Shown here: positions 7,727-16,116 of the stretch, piece by piece
How the letters are laid out: each line of letters begins with the position of its first letter
How positions within the stretch are numbered: the stretch's first letter is position 1
IMG/VR virus record: IMGVR_UViG_3300034341_000088
Coordinates: 1 to 39,353 of that record
Reading direction: 5' to 3' (one strand)
Source: a virus
Lineage: Duplodnaviria > Caudoviricetes
Length of the DNA: 39,353 nucleotides
The notes under the pieces: model-generated
What the model was told of the DNA's origin: nothing
The model's input: only the letters and a program-made list of their open reading frames with translations
Database searches by the model: none
Made by a program: the position numbers and the translations under genes

Positions 7727-9368
7727 AAACTTTCTATACCTAGTTTGGAAGCACCTTAACCTACCAGATCCTACACCGCTTCAATACGATATAGCGGAGT
7801 ATATGCAACACGGTCCGAAGAGATCGTTAATCATGGCGTTCCGTGGTGTAGGTAAGTCCTGGGTGTGTAGTGCCTATGTAGTACATCAACTACTGCTAGA
7901 CCCATCTAAGAACATACTTGTTGTATCAGCCAGTAAGAATAGATCGGATGACTTCTCTACCTTTACTCTTCGGATCATCCAAGAGATTCCCATCCTTCAA
8001 GGATTAAAACCATCTGAGAACCAACGCTTCAGTAAGATAGCTTTTGATGTAGGCCCTGCTCCGGCAGCTCACGCTCCCTCCGTTAAGTCATTAGGTATAA
8101 CATCACAGCTTACAGGTTCTCGTGCTGATATAATCGTAGCAGACGACGTAGAAGTTCCTAATAACTCAGCTACTCAAGGTATGCGGGACAAGCTAGACGA
8201 ACAAGTAAAAGAGTTTGAAGCTATCCTTAAACCCCTAGACACCTCTCGTATCCTCTTCCTAGGTACTCCACAATGTGAAGACTCTATCTATAACAAATTA
8301 AGAGAGAGGGGCTACAACGCTCGTATATGGCCTTCTGAGTATCCTAACGCTAAAGAAGCTAGTTATAACTATGCAGGGGATTTAGCACCCCTTCTAGCGG
8401 ACGCTATAGACGAAGACACTGTAGGTACTACAACAGAACCTCTTAGATTCTCTGACTTAGACCTAGAAGAACGTAAGATGAGTTATGGACGTACAGGATA
8501 CGCCTTACAGTTCATGCTTAATCCTAAGCTATCAGATGCTGATCGATACCCATTAAAGATTAACGATCTTATTATAATGGATATAGATGTAGACTTAGCT
8601 CCTGAAAAAGTAGTGTGGTCCAGTGACGATGATAACACAGACAAAGAGTTACCTAATGTAGGACTTAGTGGAGACCGCTATAGACGACCTTCTAATACTG
8701 TAGGTGATATGATACCTTATACAGGTTCTGTACTCTCTATTGATCCCTCTGGACGTGGTAAGGATGAAACAGGTTATGCAGTAGTTAAGATGCTTAACGG
8801 TCAACTATACGTTCCAGATGCCGGAGGTATAAAAGGAGGCTATGACGAAAAGACATTAAAACATCTAGTCGCTATAGCTAAGGATAACAAAGTTAATAAA
8901 GTAGTTATAGAGTCTAACTTTGGTGACGGTATGTTTATGGAGCTTATAAAGCCGATATTTAGAACAACATATCCTGTAACTATAGAAGAGGTACGTCATA
9001 ATAAACAAAAGGAACTTCGTATAGTAGATACTTTAGAACCAGTTCTTAATAGCCATCGCTTAATCATAGACCCTTCTGTTATAACTTATGATTACAAATC
9101 AGCTCTTACATATCCTATAGAACAACAAACTAGATATATGCTAATGTATCAACTATCTAGGATAACAAGAGATAGAGGTAGCTTAGTTCATGACGACCGT
9201 CTAGATGCTCTATCTATAGCTGTAGCTTATTGGGTAGAACAAATGGCTAATGATGTAGATCAAAGTATGTTAGATCGTAAACAAGAGCTACTACATAAAG
9301 AACTTCAAACGTTTACTGATAGCTTCCATAAGACCAATAACAAAGTTGTAGCTAACCTATGGATGTGA
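7677..9368 (+). CDS. terL: Terminase large subunit (T7 gp19-like)
   Basis: AFRGVGKS Walker A, TGSRADIIVADDVE Walker B, LGTPQ, IDPSGRGKDETG, ESNFGDGM, HDDRLDAL. Confidence 0.97.
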   Translation: MKKNNNIEIPPKLKDFRNFLYLVWKHLNLPDPTPLQYDIAEYMQHGPKRSLIMAFRGVGKSWVCSAYVVHQLLLDPSKNILVVSASKNRSDDFSTFTLRIIQEIPILQGLKPSENQRFSKIAFDVGPAPAAHAPSVKSLGITSQLTGSRADIIVADDVEVPNNSATQGMRDKLDEQVKEFEAILKPLDTSRILFLGTPQCEDSIYNKLRERGYNARIWPSEYPNAKEASYNYAGDLAPLLADAIDEDTVGTTTEPLRFSDLDLEERKMSYGRTGYALQFMLNPKLSDADRYPLKINDLIIMDIDVDLAPEKVVWSSDDDNTDKELPNVGLSGDRYRRPSNTVGDMIPYTGSVLSIDPSGRGKDETGYAVVKMLNGQLYVPDAGGIKGGYDEKTLKHLVAIAKDNKVNKVVIESNFGDGMFMELIKPIFRTTYPVTIEEVRHNKQKELRIVDTLEPVLNSHRLIIDPSVITYDYKSALTYPIEQQTRYMLMYQLSRITRDRGSLVHDDRLDALSIAVAYWVEQMANDVDQSMLDRKQELLHKELQTFTDSFHKTNNKVVANLWM

Positions 9369-9500
9369 GCTGCTCTACTGTTGTAGACACACCTATCCTT
9401 AAAAACGTACGTTATAACGAAACCTTCAATACTTAAAACGTATAAAGCTGTTAGAGGTAACGATTGAAGGAACCAAGTAGCTATAGTAGCTTTACCGTTA

Positions 9501-9623
9501 ACACTGTACTTACGCTGTACTTTCTCTTAAAGAGTTTACGAGCTAATGTACCTTATAGATATAGCTATAGCTTATGAAACATCTAACGAAACGCTGTACT
9601 GACGTTGTACTTACGTAGTACTA
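9501..9623 (+). repeat. Five 11-bp iteron-like repeats (approximately ACGYTGTACTW)
   Basis: acactgtactt, acgctgtactt at 9501-9522; acgctgtactg, acgttgtactt, acgtagtacta at 9591-9623. Confidence 0.8.
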
Positions 9624-9724
9624 ATTATAACGATCTCAAGCCGAAGGAAAATTGTCAACCCTTAAAAGTAAATCACTAAGTAAAAAACTTAATAACTTAT
9701 AACCTAGTACATCGTCTCAACTTT

Positions 9725-9733
9725 TGTTATAGT
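9725..9733 (+). promoter_or_regulatory. Extended -10 promoter candidate
   Basis: TGtTATAGT located 9 nt upstream of the ATG at 9743. Confidence 0.4.
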
Positions 9734-9742
9734 ACAGTCGTT

Positions 9743-9961
9743 ATGGATATAAACGAACAGACAGACACCTTTCAATACGAGCTATTCAAACTTATACATA
9801 GGTTCAAGAATGAATACGATCTTAACGATTACACGATAGCGGGTAGCCTGGACTTCGCTAAGTTGTCTGTACTGACTGAAACAGATGATGTTATCTTTAC
9901 AGGGGACGATACTATATTAGAAGAAGATAACGATACGGACGACCTATCTCCTAACTTCTAA
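9743..9961 (+). CDS. Acidic hypothetical protein
   Basis: 72-aa ORF, D/E-rich C-terminus, upstream promoter candidate. Confidence 0.6.
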   Translation: MDINEQTDTFQYELFKLIHRFKNEYDLNDYTIAGSLDFAKLSVLTETDDVIFTGDDTILEEDNDTDDLSPNF

Positions 9962-10051
9962 AGACGTAGCACAGACGACACACGCACACATTAGGCGAAA
10001 AGTTTCTGAGAAAAAATCTGAGGGGCTTACGCTATATACGCGAGCGTTAAT

Positions 10052-10094
10052 TACCCCCTCGTGTGCCCGCAAGATTCTTATAGGGGAGGGGGTA
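10052..10094. repeat. Inverted repeat in the putative genome-terminus region
   Basis: taccccctc (10052-10060) is the reverse complement of gagggggta (10086-10094). Confidence 0.6.
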
Positions 10095-10126
10095 TTAATT
10101 CGCACTATAGTCATTATGTCTAATAG

Positions 10127-10139
10127 TAAGTACTTGATA
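10127..10139 (-). promoter_or_regulatory. IHF consensus site
   Basis: Minus strand TATCAAGTACTTA matches WATCAANNNNTTR exactly. Confidence 0.55.
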
Positions 10140-10291
10140 GTCAGCACTTTAGTGTTATTCTGTTGTAAATACAGGCAGTTTGACGGCCATTAAATAAGTA
10201 TGGACTTATGTAGTTAGTATAAGTTGTTCGCTTATTGCCAGTAAGTTGCGTTTAGTCGTATATGTGTTTTTCGCTTTCTTGGTTCAGCTTT

Positions 10292-10340
10292 TGTGTCGTT
10301 TTGTCACACTGTGCCGTCACACCTGTGCCATTATGTCACA
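10292..10340. promoter_or_regulatory. Tandem enhancer-like sites (UAS candidates), TGTG-N9-CACA x2
   Basis: tgtgtcgttttgtcaca (10292-10308) and tgtgccattatgtcaca (10324-10340); 14/17 identical, 32 bp apart. Confidence 0.65.
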
Positions 10341-10364
10341 CTTATAATTAGTAGTTTTGTTGAT

Positions 10365-10377
10365 AATCAACGACTTA
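10365..10377 (+). promoter_or_regulatory. IHF consensus site
   Basis: AATCAACGACTTA matches WATCAANNNNTTR exactly, with an AT-rich 5' flank; lies between the UAS candidates and the -24/-12 element. Confidence 0.7.
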
Positions 10378-10391
10378 TGAATCGGTAATAA

Positions 10392-10408
10392 CTGGCACGG
10401 CCTCTGCT
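10392..10408 (+). promoter_or_regulatory. sigma54 (RpoN) -24/-12 promoter
   Basis: CTGGCACGGCCTCTGCT versus consensus YTGGCACGRNNNTTGCW: one mismatch, exact GG-N10-GC spacing. Confidence 0.75.
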
Positions 10409-10477
10409 TAATAGGGGCAGTTCTTTCTCAGTCCTCCGGGACTTCATATAAATAAACCAAACCAATAAATAAATAAT

Positions 10478-10759
10478 ATGAACAACACACAAAACGCTAC
10501 CGCTACGATTAATGACATCATTGCCAAAGTTCGTTCCATGAACGACAAGCTAGACGCTAAGATTAATCAATCAAAGCACGCAAAGATGACTAAGGATTTA
10601 CGCCACATTATGCGTGGCAACCAACCTCAGCCGTCCACCAGTAAAGTGGACATCATTGACGCTCTTAGCGATATACAGAAAGCCTACACCAAAATAGGCC
10701 GGAATATTCCAAACTTCACCGACAGCATGAATTTAATCGGTAAGCCTTATTCTTCTTAA
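10478..10759 (+). CDS. First early protein, hypothetical
   Basis: 93-aa ORF with an A-rich leader, between the sigma54 promoter and a terminator. Confidence 0.7.
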   Translation: MNNTQNATATINDIIAKVRSMNDKLDAKINQSKHAKMTKDLRHIMRGNQPQPSTSKVDIIDALSDIQKAYTKIGRNIPNFTDSMNLIGKPYSS

Positions 10760-10764
10760 CACTA

Positions 10765-10796
10765 GAGCCTCACCTTTAATCGGGTGGGGCTTTTTT
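10765..10796 (+). terminator. Intrinsic terminator
   Basis: gagcctcacct-ttaatc-gggtggggctt followed by a T run. Confidence 0.8.
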
Positions 10797-10847
10797 GTAC
10801 CCAGGTAAATCGCTGTGAATAACTTTTATGATTATGTGTTTGACAGC

Positions 10848-10902
10848 TTACCTGTCCGTATATTTAACCGAGCAATTGACGGGTGCAGTTTACCTGTCCG
10901 TA
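10848..10902 (+). repeat. 13-bp direct repeat ttacctgtccgta x2
   Basis: Exact copies at 10848-10860 and 10890-10902 (42 bp apart), each preceded by TTGAC. Confidence 0.8.
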
Positions 10903-10922
10903 GAAACCAAAAAACCAATAAT

Positions 10923-11087
10923 ATGAAAAAAACTCTATCAATCGTTGTAATAACTGGCGACAATATTCACCATGTCGAACAAATCAAATCAACTCATCCT
11001 TCACCTATTTCGCAAGCTATGGCAAATGTAGCTTATCGATACAGGAAAGCGGGTAAAGGATCACCTACAATCTTAAAAGCTTACTAA
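10923..11087 (+). CDS. Early hypothetical protein
   Basis: ATG at 10923 after an A-rich leader is a more plausible start than GTG at 10815. Confidence 0.55.
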   Translation: MKKTLSIVVITGDNIHHVEQIKSTHPSPISQAMANVAYRYRKAGKGSPTILKAY

Positions 11088-11088
11088 T

Positions 11089-11211
11089 ATGAGAGACAAC
11101 ATGAACAACACCAAACCAACTAAACTTGACCGTATCATCTGTAATTCCTTCCCTTTGTTATATTTAGGGGGATGGGCTGTTGTTGTCCTTTGCATTATCT
11201 TCGGAGCGTAG
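11089..11211 (+). CDS. 40-aa early membrane peptide (absent from ORF track)
   Basis: MRDNMNNTKPTKLDRIICNSFPLLYLGGWAVVVLCIIFGA; abuts the flanking genes. Confidence 0.55.
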   Translation: MRDNMNNTKPTKLDRIICNSFPLLYLGGWAVVVLCIIFGA

Positions 11212-11215
11212 TGAT

Positions 11216-11374
11216 ATGAGAAAAGATTACAACATCATCTGTCTAGATAAGGATGACAAACCGAAACAAGTGGCCACGATAGAATCGGCTAGTCCTGCGA
11301 AAGCGAGGCTTGCGGGTCAACGGCTTGCGACTAGCTTGAACCTTCGTTTCCACTTAGCTAAACCTACTAAATAA
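11216..11374 (+). CDS. Early hypothetical protein
   Basis: MRKDYNIICLD...; tight packing with neighbours. Confidence 0.55.
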   Translation: MRKDYNIICLDKDDKPKQVATIESASPAKARLAGQRLATSLNLRFHLAKPTK

Positions 11375-11376
11375 CC

Positions 11377-11673
11377 ATGTCAGTAACCATCTACCTAACT
11401 GATCATAACGGGCAACAGATAGCGTTCTTCTATAGAATCGAGTCCGAGCGATACAACACCTGTCCGAATATCCTTTGGGCGTGCCGTCAGTACCCTCAGT
11501 TTCAAGGCAGTGCCAGTAGCAAGGGCGACTTCATAGAGCAAGCTAAACAAACGCTCAAAGAAATTAAGAAGCTAAGTGTACCTGTCTGCAAAGATTGTGG
11601 ATTGACAAACCCTAAGCTTGAGTCTCAAGATGCGTGCCCCGAATGCTTAACCGATAAAACTACTACTAAATAA
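11377..11673 (+). CDS. Early protein with C-terminal zinc ribbon
   Basis: CKDC...CPEC. Confidence 0.65.
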   Translation: MSVTIYLTDHNGQQIAFFYRIESERYNTCPNILWACRQYPQFQGSASSKGDFIEQAKQTLKEIKKLSVPVCKDCGLTNPKLESQDACPECLTDKTTTK

Positions 11674-12269
11674 TGAATACTACTACAACATTACCCGACC
11701 AAATCGAGCTATGTTCCTTTCCTTTTCAAGACGAAGGGAAGTGGCACAACGCAACCATATTCTTCTTCACTAATGATACCTACACCATTTATCAGTACGA
11801 AGATCACTACGATATATCTAAGGAAGAAGCAGACAAGTATTGTGACGAGCATGACCAACGTCTTAAAGAATACGATCAGTATGTGTTAGACACAGGTTCT
11901 GACCCATTAGGAAACCATCATGTTGATCGCACCGAAACTAAAAAGAGTGAGGTCAAAGTTCAGTATGGATTATATATTGGAGTAGAAAAGCGAGGTGTAC
12001 AAGTCACACAAGTAGAGTTTGAAGGTGTTACTTACGGACGTTTAGAAATAAATAAACTACCGAGCAAGGTTAAAGATTACCTGCACATAGAATACGCTTA
12101 TTGCCGATACTACTTAGACAGCATACAACGGAAAGATTTATACGACTACGATAATTGCTACGATGTAACGGACAACTCTTTTAAATGCATGATCGAATAC
12201 AAAGTTGATCGTCCGTCGGATGTGGTCGCTTCAGAGTTACGTGCTATTGCTAAAAAATCTTTATTATGA
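11673..12269 (+). CDS. Early hypothetical protein
   Basis: 198-aa ORF, TAATG coupling with the upstream gene. Confidence 0.7.
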   Translation: MNTTTTLPDQIELCSFPFQDEGKWHNATIFFFTNDTYTIYQYEDHYDISKEEADKYCDEHDQRLKEYDQYVLDTGSDPLGNHHVDRTETKKSEVKVQYGLYIGVEKRGVQVTQVEFEGVTYGRLEINKLPSKVKDYLHIEYAYCRYYLDSIQRKDLYDYDNCYDVTDNSFKCMIEYKVDRPSDVVASELRAIAKKSLL

Positions 12270-12481
12270 CAACTGACCCAGAAAACTTACCGAGCTTAGA
12301 TGACGCAAGCATTGACGCTCTTATCCAACATTACCTGTCCTTGAAGCAAAGACTAACCGACAATTTACGTGTCCGTGAAAGACTGGTAGAGCTACAAGAC
12401 GAGCAGTTAAAACGACAGATCGAAGCACTCGGTAATTACGAACCAATCGGTGACGATATAAAGGATCGCTTGAACCAATGA
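12266..12481 (+). CDS. Early hypothetical protein (helical)
   Basis: ATGA overlaps on both sides. Confidence 0.65.
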   Translation: MTTDPENLPSLDDASIDALIQHYLSLKQRLTDNLRVRERLVELQDEQLKRQIEALGNYEPIGDDIKDRLNQ

Positions 12482-12573
12482 CCGAAGGAGAATACATAAT
12501 TATGACAAGCCTTACATTCCTATCTATCATCTTAGTAATAATAATCTTTACAGCTTGGATGTACCGTGATTAA
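12478..12573 (+). CDS. 31-aa early membrane peptide (absent from ORF track)
   Basis: MTEGEYIIMTSLTFLSIILVIIIFTAWMYRD; ATGA overlap with the upstream gene. Confidence 0.6.
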   Translation: MTEGEYIIMTSLTFLSIILVIIIFTAWMYRD

Positions 12574-12811
12574 TACAGGCTTATTTACTACTAACCGATC
12601 TTGGGACATACCCGAAGAGATAAAATATAATAAAATGAACAACTACGACAACTGGCTGAACAGCAACAACCCCATCGATCTTGAACATGAAGAAGAAAGA
12701 AGAGAAGAAGAAAAAAGAGAATTACTACTGGACGATCTTGCGGGTTTTGATACCGAAGAAGAAATCCAAGAGTACCTGTCTGAAAACAACCTTGAAGACC
12801 CAAGAGATTGA
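12566..12811 (+). CDS. Acidic early hypothetical protein
   Basis: E/D-rich ORF; the true start may be the internal ATG (MNNYDNW). Confidence 0.55.
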   Translation: MINTGLFTTNRSWDIPEEIKYNKMNNYDNWLNSNNPIDLEHEEERREEEKRELLLDDLAGFDTEEEIQEYLSENNLEDPRD

Positions 12812-12867
12812 TAAACCGTTCGTAGTGGACGGGCAGTTTTGGGAGGCGGAGAACGACATACTGAGAC

Positions 12868-13116
12868 ATGAGTAAATTTGACATAAACGAGGAGATAACT
12901 GACTGTCCGTTTGATTGGAGTAGTATCGATCATCGAGCTATAGCAGATGGATGGTATCACTTTTGGGGCAACACTCAGATCACTAGCTTTGAGACGGATA
13001 AGAAGGGTAAGTATGTACGGGATGTGGACGGCAAACTAATTGCTCATCGTACTAAAATACCACGCAAGCTACCTCGTACATGGTTCAACAAACAACAAGA
13101 AGGACAAGAATACTGA
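12868..13116 (+). CDS. Early hypothetical protein
   Basis: 82-aa ORF whose TGA overlaps the RNAP ATG (TGATG). Confidence 0.65.
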   Translation: MSKFDINEEITDCPFDWSSIDHRAIADGWYHFWGNTQITSFETDKKGKYVRDVDGKLIAHRTKIPRKLPRTWFNKQQEGQEY

Positions 13117-15467
13117 TGACCGAAGAGAAGAAAACAAAGGGTAAAGCTTGGCGTATGCGTGAGTGGGGACGGACACAATATCGTAACCGACAAGCAAAGC
13201 TAAGGATGGATGGCGAGTCCAGTAAGACCGAAGCATCTAAGCGTATGTTACGGGTCATGGCTCCGAAGTTAGGAAAGAAAGTGGAGGACTTTATAGATAC
13301 CTTTGGTGGCAGTACAGAGCATACGACTCCTTTGTTTCTTACCTTCGTACTTGATATGTGTCCGTACCAAATAGCTAGTCTAGCTCTTCAAACTTTTCTT
13401 GATAACTTACAGTTCAATTTACCGGTGGGTAGGATGGCGTATAAGATAGGCAAAGCTTTCGAGAACCAAGCACGATGGGACAAAGCATTAGATACTATGC
13501 ACCCTAGTAAGCTTGACCTACTGGCTATGGATGACCGCTCTAAAGCGATGAAACTGAAACAGTTCTACGACTACGAAGAGGAACGATTTACACTGTGGGA
13601 CAGCAAGTGCAAGGCGGGTCTAGGTGCTTGGTTGTTAGAGGAAATAAGAATAGAGACTGGCTTATGGGTCATGGACTTTGCTACAGGCAGACAGAAAGGA
13701 CACAAAGCCGAGCGTATTGTCCGTGCGACTAATGAATTTACGGATTGGGTGAGTCGTTTTGATAGTTGGAAGGAGACTACTCGTGTATTTAAGATGGCAC
13801 TACCAGAAGAACCAGTTGATTGGTACGGTTTAGTAGGTGGAGGATACAGCGTTAAACATATGCCACCACAAAAGCTATTCACGGGTAAACCTGTAGCTAA
13901 TTTCAAACCTTACGAGAGTTCTTACCAACACGCCATGTCTGCTCTTAACAAGTTACAGAAGGTAAGCTGGAAAATTAACAAAGAGATTTTAGATATTACT
14001 CTAAAGTGTTGGGAAAACAAACGAGTCATTGGAAACATACCAAACTTTGGTGAGATAGACGAGCAACCTAGATACACTGGTGATTGTCCGCATGAGTTCA
14101 GAGCTTGGAAGTTAAAGCAAAAGGATATTAGAACTGCGAACGAATCAAACAGTAGTAAGAGGTATCAAACCTGTCGTATCTTACACTTAGGCAAAGTATA
14201 TAGTGAGTGGGACAAGTTCTACTTTCCGTATCGTTGTGACTACCGAGGTAGAGTGTACGCTTTACCGTACTACTTACATCCACAAGGCAGTGACTTAGCT
14301 AAGAGTTTGTTAGACTTCAGCAGAGGTGAGCAAGTAGTAGATGAAGATGACCTCATGTCGATATTAGTCCACGGTGCGAACACGTGGGGAGTAAAAGGTA
14401 CACGCGATGAACGTATTGAATGGGTAGGTAAACGACAGAAGTTTATATTGGAGGCAGCGAATGATCCACACGGTACTGACTGGTGGACCGAAGCTAGTGA
14501 TCCGTTCTGTTTCCTACGCTTTTGCTTGGAGTATAAACAGTTTACAGAAGAAGGTTACGGCTATGTTAGTTACCTACCTGTCCGTCAAGATTGTAGTAAC
14601 AACGGTATGCAAATCCTATCGTTATTACTACGGGACAAGGACACAGGTAGGATGTGTAACTTAGTAGATAGAGACAAGGCTAACGATATGTACGCTGAGT
14701 TTGCTGACAGGGTGTACGAAGAACTAAAGAAAGATGGCGGTGTACTGGCCCAGGAGTGGATGAAGTATGGCTTCTCTCGTAAGTTAGCTAAGTTAGCTGT
14801 GATGAATAAACCATACGGAGCTACACATTATAATTTAGTACAAGATATATTTAAAAGTATAGGTATCAATCATCCTTGGACAGGGGTAGGTGAGATGTTA
14901 ACAGCTGTTATCTGGATAAGTAAGATAGTAAATAGATTAGCTAATGAAATGTGCCGGCCCGTTAATCAAGTCATGAAGTTCTTACGTGAAAGCGTACGAG
15001 CTATAGGCTACGATCAACCGATCATTTGGACTACACCTACAGGCTTCAAAGTAATACAAAGTTTTCACAGGTACAAGAAGGTGAATGTAGACTCTGTTTT
15101 TCAAAACCTAAGTATAACTATACAGACTAATGACTTTGAAGATAACATCGACCCGAAGGGACAAACCAATGCAGTCACCGCTAACTTTATACACAGCTTA
15201 GACGCATCAATCGTACATCAAGTTGCAAACTTTGTTGACTTCGATGCTTGTTATATACATGACTGTTTTGTAACACACGCTTGTAACGCCAGAGCTATGA
15301 ACGCAATCGTAAGAAGAACCTACTCTCAAACATTTAACGTTGATCTCCTGACCGAGTTCCGAATGGAGCAAATCAACACCAACCCAGAAGCAGAACTTCC
15401 GTCAGTGCCGGAGCTTGGAGACTTAGATGTCTCTGCAATAACACAGATGAAGTATCTGCTTTCTTAA
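13116..15467 (+). CDS. Single-subunit T7-like DNA-directed RNA polymerase
   Basis: DYRGRVY, PQGSDLAKSLL, motif A QDCSNNGMQ, motif B RKLAKLAVMNKPYG, ANFIHSLDA, motif C IHDCF. Confidence 0.95.
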   Translation: MTEEKKTKGKAWRMREWGRTQYRNRQAKLRMDGESSKTEASKRMLRVMAPKLGKKVEDFIDTFGGSTEHTTPLFLTFVLDMCPYQIASLALQTFLDNLQFNLPVGRMAYKIGKAFENQARWDKALDTMHPSKLDLLAMDDRSKAMKLKQFYDYEEERFTLWDSKCKAGLGAWLLEEIRIETGLWVMDFATGRQKGHKAERIVRATNEFTDWVSRFDSWKETTRVFKMALPEEPVDWYGLVGGGYSVKHMPPQKLFTGKPVANFKPYESSYQHAMSALNKLQKVSWKINKEILDITLKCWENKRVIGNIPNFGEIDEQPRYTGDCPHEFRAWKLKQKDIRTANESNSSKRYQTCRILHLGKVYSEWDKFYFPYRCDYRGRVYALPYYLHPQGSDLAKSLLDFSRGEQVVDEDDLMSILVHGANTWGVKGTRDERIEWVGKRQKFILEAANDPHGTDWWTEASDPFCFLRFCLEYKQFTEEGYGYVSYLPVRQDCSNNGMQILSLLLRDKDTGRMCNLVDRDKANDMYAEFADRVYEELKKDGGVLAQEWMKYGFSRKLAKLAVMNKPYGATHYNLVQDIFKSIGINHPWTGVGEMLTAVIWISKIVNRLANEMCRPVNQVMKFLRESVRAIGYDQPIIWTTPTGFKVIQSFHRYKKVNVDSVFQNLSITIQTNDFEDNIDPKGQTNAVTANFIHSLDASIVHQVANFVDFDACYIHDCFVTHACNARAMNAIVRRTYSQTFNVDLLTEFRMEQINTNPEAELPSVPELGDLDVSAITQMKYLLS

Positions 15468-15489
15468 AAACATAAACACCCATAGAGAT

Positions 15490-16116
15490 ATGACAGTAAA
15501 AGCACGAAAGAAACACGACATAATAAAAGTAGGAGGTACTACAAAGTTCTGTGCCTTGAATGAACCGAACAAAAGGTTTAAGAAGAAGTACGGTGAGTAC
15601 CAATGTGAAGTAATTGTAACGCAAGAGTTAGCTGATCAAGTTAAGAAACAACTACGCCCTATATATGAGCAAGAGTTAAAGGCTAAACAAGATGAGTTAG
15701 GTAAAGAAGTAAAGAAGGCTGAGATTCCTATCGTTGAGAAGGAAGGTAAAATTATCATCAACACTAAATTAAAAGGAGGACATAAAACAGAAGATGGAAA
15801 GGAATACTTTTTCAGTGTAGCTATGTTCGATGCAGCACTCCGACCTTTACCCAAAGATGTACAGGTATGGGGAGGTAGTAAAGTAAACGTATCTTTTAGA
15901 CCTCACTTCTGGTATACAGATTTAATGGGTTTCGGGGTAAGGTTTGAGATCGCAGCCGTCCAGGTATTAGAGTTAGCTAACGGTGGAGTGAGTGAACAGT
16001 CCGCTGAATCGTTTGGCTTCACAGCTGAAGAAGGATACATAGCTAACGGCGGTGAAACACTTGACTCAGCATTCGATGCGGAAGAGACGGAAGAAACGCC
16101 CACAGCGAACTTCTAA
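15490..16116 (+). CDS. ssDNA-binding protein (T7 gp2.5-like)
   Basis: VWGGSKV...GV....AVQVLEL; acidic tail ending in Phe; syntenic position. Confidence 0.88.
   Translation: MTVKARKKHDIIKVGGTTKFCALNEPNKRFKKKYGEYQCEVIVTQELADQVKKQLRPIYEQELKAKQDELGKEVKKAEIPIVEKEGKIIINTKLKGGHKTEDGKEYFFSVAMFDAALRPLPKDVQVWGGSKVNVSFRPHFWYTDLMGFGVRFEIAAVQVLELANGGVSEQSAESFGFTAEEGYIANGGETLDSAFDAEETEETPTANF

Noticed and set aside
9501-9623. Mini-CRISPR array
   Set aside because: Repeats are 11 bp and adjacent, with no spacers and no cas genes.
9624-9658. Leftward sigma70 promoter (TTGACA and TATAAT on the minus strand)
   Set aside because: The spacing is 23 bp rather than 16-18.
10478-13116. Integrase or lysogeny module upstream of the RNAP gene
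   Set aside because: No ORF of suitable size or with tyrosine/serine recombinase motifs.
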